DNA from: Candidatus Omnitrophota bacterium
Lineage (GTDB): Bacteria > Omnitrophota > Gorgyraeia > Tantalellales > Tantalellaceae
Reading direction: 5' to 3'
Assembly (NCBI GenBank): GCA_035403965.1
Contig: DAONGE010000002.1
Location: forward strand, 64,466-128,465
Length of the DNA: 64,000 bases
Shown here piece after piece: positions 9,625 to 19,074 of this stretch. The notes under the pieces are model-generated. The model was not told the origin of the DNA, made no database searches, and saw nothing but the letters and a program-made list of their open reading frames with translations. How positions within the stretch are numbered: position 1 is the stretch's first letter; each line of letters opens with the position of its first letter. The position numbers and the translations under genes are program-made.

Positions 9625-10581
9625 TTGGTGATAAATATCTTTAATAAAAAAACATTCCAAGTGGCTTTTGTTGTTGTTGTCACGGTAGTGTTTATATTTT
9701 TTATCCAGTCGCATTTAGACTATTTAAAAAAAGCAGCGAGTATGAGCCCGCTGTTGATCGTTGCCGTGATAAGTATGGATATTCTTAGTAAGGCTTGCAG
9801 CGGGTTAAAAATAAAGATCGTTTTAAAAAAATTTGGCATCAGGCTTTCTTTTAAGGAATGGTATGGCCTGTCGTCCATGTCGGCGTATTACAATTATTTT
9901 TTTTCGAAAAGCGGCACAGTGTTAGCCGCCACATATGTCAGGAAGAAATACGGCTTTAATTATTCGAAATATGCGGGTTTTTTAATGGGAGATGTGGCTA
10001 CCGTAGTTATTGCGTCCGGAGTGTTGGGTACGGTTGCATCGTTGCTCTGGGAAAATTTTACAAAAAATTCCACGCACAGTATTGTTGTTGTGTCTTTTTT
10101 TATCTTGTTTGTCATGGCGTCCCTGGTTTTTTTCATTCCAAAGTTTAGATTGCCGAAGCGGGGAATAATGACAAAAATAAACAGCGCAATGGATGGTTGG
10201 TATTCGGTAAAAGCAAAACCGGACATTCTGGTCGCCATGTTTTTTTTGAATATGGCTATCATTGTCATATTTGCTATACGGTATTACGTGCTTTTTAGGG
10301 TTTTTTCTGATCCTGTCCCGTTCTCGATATGCTGCCTGGTCTCTCCGCTTGCAAATCTTACGCAGATATTAAGCGTGGTGCCATCGGCATATGGGCTAAG
10401 GGAAGCAGTGATGGGCGGTATGACTAAATTGTATGATTTTGGTTTTGTTTCCGGGGCGATAGTTTCTATAATAGACAGGGTGATCATGATGCTGGTCTTT
10501 TTTATTTTAGGCCCGCTGTTCACCTATATGTTGATGAAAAAGACGGGATATGACAGGGAAGATAGGAGGGATGCGGAGTGA
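9625..10581 (+). CDS. Polytopic membrane protein, flippase-like (LPG-synthase-TM/UPF0104-type)
   Basis: It has 6-8 predicted TM helices and an UPF0104-like sequence pattern. The start codon is uncertain (TTG/GTG). Confidence 0.35.
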   Translation: MVINIFNKKTFQVAFVVVVTVVFIFFIQSHLDYLKKAASMSPLLIVAVISMDILSKACSGLKIKIVLKKFGIRLSFKEWYGLSSMSAYYNYFFSKSGTVLAATYVRKKYGFNYSKYAGFLMGDVATVVIASGVLGTVASLLWENFTKNSTHSIVVVSFFILFVMASLVFFIPKFRLPKRGIMTKINSAMDGWYSVKAKPDILVAMFFLNMAIIVIFAIRYYVLFRVFSDPVPFSICCLVSPLANLTQILSVVPSAYGLREAVMGGMTKLYDFGFVSGAIVSIIDRVIMMLVFFILGPLFTYMLMKKTGYDREDRRDAE

Positions 10582-12098
10582 ATGGGAAAACAATGCCTTG
10601 CTACATTTTTTTGTTTTTCATGTCGCTTTATGCATTTTTTTCAATAGGGCATTTTGCCGGTGACGGGTACCAGGATTATCTTACAGCCGAAAGCATAGTT
10701 CTGGATGGCAACCTGACTTTAATGGACCGGCCCGATGATGTTGATCAGCTTGCTTATAAGACCAAGGTGGGAGTAAGAGGCGCCAACGGCGAATTATATT
10801 CATCCCGTGGATCGGTGGGTATGGCTTTATTGCTTGTGCCGTTCTATTTCGCTGGGCATATAGTGTCTTTTGTCGCCCGGAATGTGCCGCATGATTATGT
10901 TACACAATTATGCGTTTCTTTTGCGAATCCGTTTTTTACTGCGCTTAATTGTGTTTTGGTTTTTTTGTTGGGGAAAAGAATGAGGTTCGGAGATAGAACA
11001 TCGGTATGGATTAGCCTGCTTTTTGGCCTTTCGACCATGTGTCCGGTATACGCACGGACAGGGTTTTCTGAGCCGGCTATGATGTTTTTTACCATCTTTG
11101 CGGCATATTTTATTTTTCGATATAAAGAAACATGTGCGTTTTTTGATATTATGATGTCGGGGATGTCTCTGGGGTTAATAGCGGTAGTGAAATTCCAGGG
11201 AGTAGTTTTGTTGCCCGCATTTTTTATTTATTTCATATATTGCGCGCTTGAAAAAAAAGATTTTAAACGCATCGCTATACATTCTCTGGTGTTTGTTCTT
11301 ATGCCTATGTGTTTTGTCGGGTCGGTGATGTTGCTGAACAAGGTGATATATGGTAGTTTCCTTTCTTTTGGCGGGTATGATGCTGTTGAATTTACAAAAC
11401 GCGTGGCCGGATCGCCGCATGTAATAAAGGGGTTATATTATTACCTTTTTAGCACGGGTAAAGGATTCTTCTTGTTCAATATTCCGGTTGTTCTCGGCTT
11501 TTTGGTATTTAATAAAGCTTTGGCAAAGAGAAAAAAAGAGACTATATTCATAATGGCATTATTTTTGCTAAACCTTATATTCTATGTTAAATCTTTCAGG
11601 CGGGGGTCGCTTTTCTCATGGGGGCCGAGATATCTTATGCCATCCGTTCCTTTTCTTATGCTTTTGGCCGGGGTGTATATCGATGAGATCAAAAGCGCCG
11701 CCGGTAGAATCTTTTTGTACATATGTGCTGGGACCGGGATTCTTATCTCATTACCGTGCATGTTTGTGAATCAGGCAAAATATTATAATTTCATTGTAGA
11801 AAAATTTAAAATTGATGAGTATATGATAAATTTCATTCCAGATCTTTCTCCGATGGGTGGGGCGTGGCATATGTTCCTTGGTGCTATCGGCGTTATTTCG
11901 AAACACTTCACATATTCGCCCGATTATAGGTTTATCGATCCGCTCACTCAAAGTATGGAAGGGTATGCTTATGTGGACCTGTGGTCAGTGAAGATAATGG
12001 AATTGGCCCCACAGTACTCTTGGTTGGTGTTTATGGCGTTGTTCGGATTGCTTGTAATAACAGTGATTTCATTCTTAAAATTATGCAGAATAAAATAG
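10578..12098 (+). CDS. Large polytopic membrane protein, putative GT-C fold glycosyltransferase
   Basis: It has more than 10 TM helices and sits within a glycan cluster. Its start overlaps the upstream stop. Confidence 0.3.
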   Translation: MNGKTMPCYIFLFFMSLYAFFSIGHFAGDGYQDYLTAESIVLDGNLTLMDRPDDVDQLAYKTKVGVRGANGELYSSRGSVGMALLLVPFYFAGHIVSFVARNVPHDYVTQLCVSFANPFFTALNCVLVFLLGKRMRFGDRTSVWISLLFGLSTMCPVYARTGFSEPAMMFFTIFAAYFIFRYKETCAFFDIMMSGMSLGLIAVVKFQGVVLLPAFFIYFIYCALEKKDFKRIAIHSLVFVLMPMCFVGSVMLLNKVIYGSFLSFGGYDAVEFTKRVAGSPHVIKGLYYYLFSTGKGFFLFNIPVVLGFLVFNKALAKRKKETIFIMALFLLNLIFYVKSFRRGSLFSWGPRYLMPSVPFLMLLAGVYIDEIKSAAGRIFLYICAGTGILISLPCMFVNQAKYYNFIVEKFKIDEYMINFIPDLSPMGGAWHMFLGAIGVISKHFTYSPDYRFIDPLTQSMEGYAYVDLWSVKIMELAPQYSWLVFMALFGLLVITVISFLKLCRIK

Positions 12099-13000
12099 AT
12101 ATACTGATTTTGAATTATAATGGTAAGTCTCTTTTGGAATCGTATCTGGGCTCCGTGGTAGAGGCTGCATCTTTAGCGTCCGCTGAGTGTGGGGTTTATG
12201 TGGTGGATAATCGTAGTAGTGACGGAAGCGTGGAATATGTAAGGGCGAATTATCCGTCGGTAAAAGTGATAGTTGCTGCCGAGAACAAAGTCTTGATTTC
12301 ATATAATGACGTTGTGAAAGATTTGGCGAGTAACATTGTCATATTTTTAAATAACGATATGTCAGCTGACAAGGGTTTTATTGATCCGCTTGTCGCAGAA
12401 TTCAAGGACCCTAAAGTAATGTTTGCCGCTCCGAGGATAATGAATTTCGATGGCACATATAACGGCGGCAGATCATATATGAAATTGAGCGCGGGTGCGA
12501 TAAAAGTTGTTGTCGATGAGGGCAATTATATGAAGTCCGGAGAGACCTGTGCGATCTCAACCGGGGCTTTTCGACGGGAAATGTTCCTGGAGCTTGGCGG
12601 ATTTGACGATCTTTACTTGCCGGGGATATGGGAGGATGTTGATATTTGTTTTAGGGGATTAATCAAAGGATATAAGGGGAAGTACGTTCCGCAGAGTGTT
12701 ATATATCATGCTGAATCCACTACGTTTCATAGAGAATATGGTACGAGCAAAAAAATGGTGATCGCGCACAGGAATATGTTTCTGTTCTTATGGAAAAATA
12801 TAATAGATAAAAGGATATTATTGTCGAATATTTTCTTATCAGTACCGCGGGCCCTTTTTCTTTTTTTAAAAGGGAATCCGGAAATATTATATGGATTGTT
12901 TGCGGCAGTCTGGAAAATTAAAACTGTCATGACCAAAAGAAAGGAATGGTTGGCGGGAAGTCCTTTGCGGGTCATGAAAGATTCGGATCTGATAAAATGA
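12083..13000 (+). CDS. Glycosyltransferase family 2
   Basis: It carries ILILNYNG, YVVDNRSSDGS and an EDVD acidic motif. Confidence 0.65.
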   Translation: MQNKIDILILNYNGKSLLESYLGSVVEAASLASAECGVYVVDNRSSDGSVEYVRANYPSVKVIVAAENKVLISYNDVVKDLASNIVIFLNNDMSADKGFIDPLVAEFKDPKVMFAAPRIMNFDGTYNGGRSYMKLSAGAIKVVVDEGNYMKSGETCAISTGAFRREMFLELGGFDDLYLPGIWEDVDICFRGLIKGYKGKYVPQSVIYHAESTTFHREYGTSKKMVIAHRNMFLFLWKNIIDKRILLSNIFLSVPRALFLFLKGNPEILYGLFAAVWKIKTVMTKRKEWLAGSPLRVMKDSDLIK

Positions 13001-14688
13001 AAATCGCGCTTCTTACAAGTGACAATATAGACGGTTTGATAGTAAGCCATAGGCTTTTTGTGGATAAGATAGATCTTCAGGCGATCGTATATGAAAAAAA
13101 GAAAGTTACGGTTAAGGCTTTTGTTAAAAGGTGTGTTTATCTTTTTCTGGGACGTATCGGGAATATTGTTTTTTTCGGATACAATAAAATAAAGATCCAA
13201 TCCGTCGGAAATATCAATTCTGAAGAAACTATGGCAGTTTTGAGAGAAATAAGGCCGGATCTGATCATAGTCGTAGGCACGCGCAAGCTTGAACCGGCAA
13301 TATTTAATTTTCCCAAATACGGTACGATAAATCTCCATTCAGGGATCCTTCCTTATTACAGAGGTGCAGATTCGGAATTTTGGGCCATGTATAACGGGGA
13401 GATCGATAAAATAGGTGTTACCGTGCATTACCTGGATAAGGAGCTAGACTCAGGGGATATTATCCTTACTGAAAAACAGAAAGTCCTGGCCGTGGATAAA
13501 CATAATAATCTCAGAATGAAAAATCTTATTGTCGGCGCGGCTAAGATATCCGAGGCGGTGCGCAAAATAGAAAAAAACGAGATAACGAGATATAAACAGG
13601 ATACGAGTTTGGCTGTGACATATAAAACAGTAACTTCAAAAGAAATAGCAGGTTTTTACGCGTATAAAAGATCTTTCGAGAAAAGCCGTGTGTCTGTGAA
13701 AAAAAGTTTTGGTCCTGAAGGGATGACAGTGTCGGAAAATGTGGCAAAGAGGCCATCTTTGTTGCTTGAAAAACCGGGTGATGTCCGGGAATCCGGGATT
13801 TTTTGTCTCAGGATAGATGCCGACGAATACAGTGAAAATAATTTCCGCAGTTATTATCCTGTTTTCAAGCGATACAATAAAGCTACTTCCATATTTTTTA
13901 GCATAAATTCTTTCAAAGAGGCAAAAGGGGCGATCATTGACTGTAAAACGATGGGGGTGGATATAGGGTCGCACGGTTTTTATCATCATACTTATAACGA
14001 TTATGAGAGCAATCGATATAATCTGATCAGGGCCAGGGAGTTTTTAGAAGGGTTAGGCATAGATGCGAAAGGATTTGTCTCACCGATGGGGAAATGGAAT
14101 CGCGATCTGGCCAAGGCGCTTGAGGACGAAAAGTTTAAATATTCGTCCGAATTCGCCTACGATTATGCAGGATTCCCTAGTTACCCTATTATCGATGGAA
14201 GATATTCTGACGTACTACAGATCCCGGTGTTCCCGGTTGCGCCGGAATTGTTTTTTGAAAAAGGATATGCTCCGGGAAAAATAATAGAATATTATAAAGA
14301 AGCTATAGATATGATGAGGGCAAATGGGGTCCCGGTCATCATTTATGCACATACGAACCCGAAATTCCAACAGGTGCCGGATCTGCTCGCGAGAATATGT
14401 GAGTATGCTGTGGACCGGTCAGGATTAGAGCCGATATCAATGACCGGTTTTTTTGAAAAATGGACAAAAACAAATGAGACGTTTAGGATAAGACGCACGC
14501 CCGTATCTAGGGTCGTGAACGAGATGTTCGTCGGGGCGGAACTTCGCGAGAAAGCGTCTGAGCGCGTAAAAAAAGAGGTCAAAATTTTTTTGGATTATGA
14601 AATAATCACTCCGCCAGAAGAATTGCGGTGCGGGAAGTTGAAAAAGATGTTAAAATTATCTGCCAGAAGATTTTTTAAATATAATTGA
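12997..14688 (+). CDS. Fusion protein with an N-terminal formyltransferase domain (Fmt/ArnA-FT-like) and a C-terminal NodB-type polysaccharide deacetylase/deformylase domain (ArnD-like)
   Basis: The N-terminal motif HSGILPYYRGADSEFWA is a formyl_trans_N HxSLLPxxRG variant. The C-terminal motifs are LRIDADEY and DIGSHGFYHH (NodB motifs). ATGA overlaps the upstream gene. Confidence 0.55.
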   Translation: MKIALLTSDNIDGLIVSHRLFVDKIDLQAIVYEKKKVTVKAFVKRCVYLFLGRIGNIVFFGYNKIKIQSVGNINSEETMAVLREIRPDLIIVVGTRKLEPAIFNFPKYGTINLHSGILPYYRGADSEFWAMYNGEIDKIGVTVHYLDKELDSGDIILTEKQKVLAVDKHNNLRMKNLIVGAAKISEAVRKIEKNEITRYKQDTSLAVTYKTVTSKEIAGFYAYKRSFEKSRVSVKKSFGPEGMTVSENVAKRPSLLLEKPGDVRESGIFCLRIDADEYSENNFRSYYPVFKRYNKATSIFFSINSFKEAKGAIIDCKTMGVDIGSHGFYHHTYNDYESNRYNLIRAREFLEGLGIDAKGFVSPMGKWNRDLAKALEDEKFKYSSEFAYDYAGFPSYPIIDGRYSDVLQIPVFPVAPELFFEKGYAPGKIIEYYKEAIDMMRANGVPVIIYAHTNPKFQQVPDLLARICEYAVDRSGLEPISMTGFFEKWTKTNETFRIRRTPVSRVVNEMFVGAELREKASERVKKEVKIFLDYEIITPPEELRCGKLKKMLKLSARRFFKYN

Positions 14689-14745
14689 TCGTATCTCAGG
14701 GGGATAACGGGATAGGATCAATATCTTGATGGGGAATGATAAAGA

Positions 14746-15861
14746 ATGAAAATAGCGTTTGTATTTGGAACCAGACCGGAAATAATCAAGCTTAGCCCGG
14801 TGATACGTCTTGCGATTAAGGCAAAAGTGCCGTTCATCACTATACATACCGGCCAGCATTATTCCGATAACATGTCGAAATTTTTCATAAACGAACTTGA
14901 TCTGCCGCGACCGGATTATAATCTTAATGTCAGGTCAAAAGCCCCGTATATGCAGGGAGATCACACCGGGCGCATGATGATAAAACTGGAAGAGATACTT
15001 TTGAAAGAAATGCCGACTGACACTCTTGTTCAGGGCGATACTAATTCTACTTTGGCAGGGGCTTTGGTAACGTCAAAGATATCAACGACAAAGTCGTTCA
15101 CGGGGTTTGAGATAAAGCTCGGGCATATAGAGGCCGGGCTTAGAAGTTATGATAGAAATATGCCGGAAGAGATAAACCGTGTGATAACGGACCACTTGTC
15201 GGATTATCTTTTTGTGCCCACGGGTGAGTCCCGTGATATCGCGCTTTCTGAAGGGGTGGATAAGAAAAAGGTTTATATCACCGGGAATACTATTGTCGAC
15301 GCACTTTATGAATCGGTGGAAAGATCCAAAGCATACAGCGACATTATCGGGAGAAATAAGTTAAGCCGTGGCGGATATATGCTGTTGACCTTGCATCGGC
15401 AGGAGAATGTGGATAACAAAAAACGTGTCGTGAATATGATAGCGGGTATAAAAAAGATCAAGGCGAAGTACGGGCTTCCGGTTGTTTTTCCGATACATCC
15501 GCGTACGGTGAAGAAAATGGAGATGTTTGGTATTGATCCCTTGTCTTTCGCCACCGTGATCGAACCGACCGGATTCCTTGATTTTTTGGCTTTAGAAGAC
15601 AACGCCGCGCTTGTTATTACTGATTCGGGTGGACTCCAGGAAGAGTCGTGTGTATTGAAAGTGCCGTGTATTACGCTCCGGGATACTACCGAGAGGCCGG
15701 AGACCGTGACTGTAGGGGCTAATATGTTAGCCGGAGCGTGCCCCGATAAAATATTGGAATGCGCCAAAAAAATGATCTCTAAGAAAAGGAATTGGAAAAA
15801 TCCGTTCGGTAATGGTGACACTGCCAAACGTATAATGAAAATTTTGAAAGAAAGAGCATGA
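14746..15861 (+). CDS. wecB: UDP-N-acetylglucosamine 2-epimerase (non-hydrolysing)
   Basis: The motifs GTRPEIIKLSPV, HTGQHYS, HIEAGLRS and EEINRVITDHLSDYLF are the WecB/MnaA signature. Confidence 0.85.
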   Translation: MKIAFVFGTRPEIIKLSPVIRLAIKAKVPFITIHTGQHYSDNMSKFFINELDLPRPDYNLNVRSKAPYMQGDHTGRMMIKLEEILLKEMPTDTLVQGDTNSTLAGALVTSKISTTKSFTGFEIKLGHIEAGLRSYDRNMPEEINRVITDHLSDYLFVPTGESRDIALSEGVDKKKVYITGNTIVDALYESVERSKAYSDIIGRNKLSRGGYMLLTLHRQENVDNKKRVVNMIAGIKKIKAKYGLPVVFPIHPRTVKKMEMFGIDPLSFATVIEPTGFLDFLALEDNAALVITDSGGLQEESCVLKVPCITLRDTTERPETVTVGANMLAGACPDKILECAKKMISKKRNWKNPFGNGDTAKRIMKILKERA

Positions 15862-16913
15862 TGGGAAGAACTATGAGGGTAGCATTTTTTGTTTATCCTT
15901 CCGCTTTTCAGAATAAAGGCGGCGGAGAGATAGTCCTTGAAAAACACGAAGAGTATCTGCTTAAGAAAAACATCGATATTAAACGTTTCGATATGTGGAA
16001 CGACAAAATCCAGGATTTCGATATTCTTCATGTATTCGGGTCGGTGAAAGACTGCCTTCCGCTTATGCAGGTGGCAAAAGCCCGAGGTGTTAAGGTGGTG
16101 CTTGAATCCATATTCTGGTCGGATTTCAGGCGCGCTTTTTTCGAGGATGGAAGCGCTAAGGATAAAATGGAAAAAATCGTCAGGCATTTTATTAAAGTAG
16201 CTTTCCCGTTTTTCCCGTCCGGCCGAAAAAAGATGTTCGAAGTGGCTGATATGATAGTCCCGAATTCAATCAACGAAGGAAAGCAAATCGCAAGGCTTTT
16301 TAATGTCCCGATTTCAAAGATGTTCGTTGTTCCAAATGGAGTCGATTCTAAATTCGCATATGCTACAGCTGATATGTTCGAAAGACAATACGGAATGAAA
16401 GATTTTGTTTTGTCGGTTGGAAGGATCGAACCGAGGAAGAACCAGCTAAACCTTATTAAAGCCGTAAAGGGGCTTGATAAAGAACTTGCGATCATAGGGG
16501 CGCCGGTCAGCGGATATGAATGGTATTACGAGAGTTGTTTGAAAGAAGCGTCGGGAAATGTGAAATTTTTGGGCGCTATGTCCCATGAGTCCGATATGTT
16601 GACTTCGGCTTATGCGGCTTGCGACATTTTTGTATTGCAGGGTTGGTTTGAAACGCCCGGGCTTGCGGCGATGGAAGCGGCGCTTGCCGGGGCCAAGGTT
16701 ATCGCCACTTTAGGGGGGAGCACTAAGGAATATTTTTCGAACAAGGTGTTCTATCTTGATCCCAGTTCTCCTTCAGACATTAGGAGGAAGATAGGTTTGG
16801 CCGTATCGACGAACAAAAGTCCGGAATTGCGAAATTATATGATGAATAATTATACGTGGGAGAAAGTTGTGGATAAAATGATCGAAGGATATAGAAAGGT
16901 GATGGGAAAATGA
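15858..16913 (+). CDS. Glycosyltransferase family 4
   Basis: It has RIEPRKNQLNLIKA and ETPGLAAMEAALAGAKVIAT, consistent with a GT-B fold. Confidence 0.65.
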   Translation: MMGRTMRVAFFVYPSAFQNKGGGEIVLEKHEEYLLKKNIDIKRFDMWNDKIQDFDILHVFGSVKDCLPLMQVAKARGVKVVLESIFWSDFRRAFFEDGSAKDKMEKIVRHFIKVAFPFFPSGRKKMFEVADMIVPNSINEGKQIARLFNVPISKMFVVPNGVDSKFAYATADMFERQYGMKDFVLSVGRIEPRKNQLNLIKAVKGLDKELAIIGAPVSGYEWYYESCLKEASGNVKFLGAMSHESDMLTSAYAACDIFVLQGWFETPGLAAMEAALAGAKVIATLGGSTKEYFSNKVFYLDPSSPSDIRRKIGLAVSTNKSPELRNYMMNNYTWEKVVDKMIEGYRKVMGK

Positions 16914-17599
16914 AAGTTTCGGTTCTCATTCCGGTATATAACGAAAAAAAGACCATACTTGATCTTTTGGATCTTGTGAAACTCGTTTCGATGGATAAGG
17001 AAATAGTGGTTGTTGACGATTGCTCGAAAGACGGGACGCGCGAACTTCTTAAGAAACATTTTGGCGCTGAGGCCGGCGATATTAGGATATTTTATCATGA
17101 GGTTAATAAAGGCAAAGGAAGTGCCATCCGTACTGCGCTGAAGCATGCGGCAGGCGAATACGTCATCGTACAGGACGCGGATATGGAGTATTCTCCACAT
17201 GATATGCTCAAACTTGTGGAAGCAGCGGAAAAAGGGAATGCCGCTGTGTTCGGGTCACGGTTCCTAAAAACATGGAAAAGTACGTCCCTCCCGCATTATA
17301 TGGTTAATTTTTTTCTGACCGGATTGACCAATCTATTGTTCGGGGCCAGACTTACGGATATGGAAACATGTTACAAAATGGTTCGGACCGATATAATGCG
17401 TAGTCTCGATATCAAGGCCGATAAGTTCGAATTCGAGCCGGAGGTTACGGCGAAATTATTGCAAAACGGTATAAAAATAAAAGAAGTGCCGATATCTTAT
17501 CGTGGCAGGAGTTATGATGAGGGGAAAAAGATAACCTGGCGGGACGGAGTAGATACGGTTATGATCCTTTTTAAGCTGAAGTTTTTCAGAACGATCTGA
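16910..17599 (+). CDS. GT2 polyprenol-phosphate sugar synthase (DPM1/ArnC-like, soluble)
   Basis: It has VLIPVYNE, VVVDDCSKDGT and VQDADMEY (DxD). It lies immediately upstream of an ArnT-like GT-C gene. Confidence 0.65.
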   Translation: MKVSVLIPVYNEKKTILDLLDLVKLVSMDKEIVVVDDCSKDGTRELLKKHFGAEAGDIRIFYHEVNKGKGSAIRTALKHAAGEYVIVQDADMEYSPHDMLKLVEAAEKGNAAVFGSRFLKTWKSTSLPHYMVNFFLTGLTNLLFGARLTDMETCYKMVRTDIMRSLDIKADKFEFEPEVTAKLLQNGIKIKEVPISYRGRSYDEGKKITWRDGVDTVMILFKLKFFRTI

Positions 17600-17633
17600 A
17601 CGTGATGACCGATATATTTAATTTCGGTACGAT

Positions 17634-18989
17634 ATGAAAAAAGACATACTGATTCTAATCTTTTTATCTGCGATAATATTCCTTTCAGCTCTCGGGTCAG
17701 GGAGCTTGAGTTCGTGGGACGAAGCATTCTATGCCCAGGTTTCCAGGGAAATGTTCGAACGAGGCGATTGGCTCCATCTTTATTGGGGCGGGGCTTCATG
17801 GAATGATAAACCACCGATGTATATGTGGGTTACATGCGTTTTTTATGAACTATTCGGAGTAAACGAGTTTTCAGCGAGATTGTTTTCGGCATTGTCCGGT
17901 ACGGCACTGGTTGTTTTTACTTATTTGTTGGGGCTTAGATTTTTTGGGAGAAGAACAGGCTTTATAGCTGCCGTGATGATGATGTCGAGTTACCATTTTA
18001 TTTTGTTTGCGAAATCCGGAACGCTGGATGTGGCATCGGCAATGTTCATAACCGGGGCGATATATTTTTTGGGCAGAGATAAAGAGGCCGGTTGGCATAC
18101 GGTCACCGCTTTCATGCTTTTTAGTCTGGCTTTTCTTACAAAGAGTTTTGCCGCTCTTCTTGTCCCTGTTATCTTTACCGGGTATGTCGCAATTACGGGC
18201 AAATGGCGTCTCATATTCAATCGGTATGCGTTTGTTGGGGCGGTCATAAGCTTTTTAACCCTTGGGCTGTGGCATTACAGTGCATTTTCTTCAGATGGTA
18301 ATTTTGTGGGTGGATATTTTATTCAGCATTTGTTCCAGAGGACCACGCAGGCGATGGACGGGCATACAGGGAATTGGCTTACTTACATAAATGTTGTGTT
18401 GTATAAGGCTAAACCATGGGGATCCGTCGGGATCGTAGCGTTGCTTTTTTTTGTGATCTCCAGCATAAAGAAAAAAGAAACGGAAAAGTGGCTGTTTATC
18501 GTGTGGATAGTCGCGACATACGCGATATTTACAGCTGTGAAGACGAAACTACATTGGTACATAATCCCGGTATATCCCGCTATTTTTTTGGTCGCTGCGT
18601 GGGGGATGGAAAAATTATTGAGAAAATTTTCTTTGATAGTTGTTTTGGTGATTTCTATAGGCAGTGTATTGTATTTCGGGGCGAAAAAAGAGATTTTTTC
18701 TTTGGATTTCAATCATGATATTAAAAAATTCGCGTCTGAAATAGACCGGGCAACCGGGGCTGAACGGGTGTCGGGAGGGATATACGCGGTTGATGTCAGC
18801 GATCCCGGCCTAATGTTCTATATGTCGGGTATAGCTAAAAGAGTATCCCCCGATAACTATAAAAACATAACGTTGGGGAAGAAAAATTTTATAGCGGTAG
18901 GAAGAAACGAGACATTGGCCGCGCTCAAAATACAGGGGAAACGCATTTTGTCTTGTAGGAACGATTATTCGGCAGTGTTGGTTGAGTGA
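17634..18989 (+). CDS. ArnT/PMT-family GT-C glycosyltransferase (GT83/GT39-like)
   Basis: The first periplasmic loop carries SSWDEAFYAQVSREMFERGDWLHLYW...NDKPPMYMW, which is the ArnT/PMT signature. It has about 11 TM helices. Confidence 0.7.
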   Translation: MKKDILILIFLSAIIFLSALGSGSLSSWDEAFYAQVSREMFERGDWLHLYWGGASWNDKPPMYMWVTCVFYELFGVNEFSARLFSALSGTALVVFTYLLGLRFFGRRTGFIAAVMMMSSYHFILFAKSGTLDVASAMFITGAIYFLGRDKEAGWHTVTAFMLFSLAFLTKSFAALLVPVIFTGYVAITGKWRLIFNRYAFVGAVISFLTLGLWHYSAFSSDGNFVGGYFIQHLFQRTTQAMDGHTGNWLTYINVVLYKAKPWGSVGIVALLFFVISSIKKKETEKWLFIVWIVATYAIFTAVKTKLHWYIIPVYPAIFLVAAWGMEKLLRKFSLIVVLVISIGSVLYFGAKKEIFSLDFNHDIKKFASEIDRATGAERVSGGIYAVDVSDPGLMFYMSGIAKRVSPDNYKNITLGKKNFIAVGRNETLAALKIQGKRILSCRNDYSAVLVE

Positions 18990-19074
18990 TTTGATAAGTG
19001 GCGAAATATCAGAGCCAGATATCATTGACACCCTGGCGCCTTGAAGTTTTGATGTTTTACGGAAGGGTCGAGAC

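Noticed and set aside
15306-16187. Minus-strand 293-aa ORF spanning the wecB / GT4 junction
   Set aside because: It is antisense to two well-supported + strand genes. It has no recognisable domain and its composition matches an antisense artefact.
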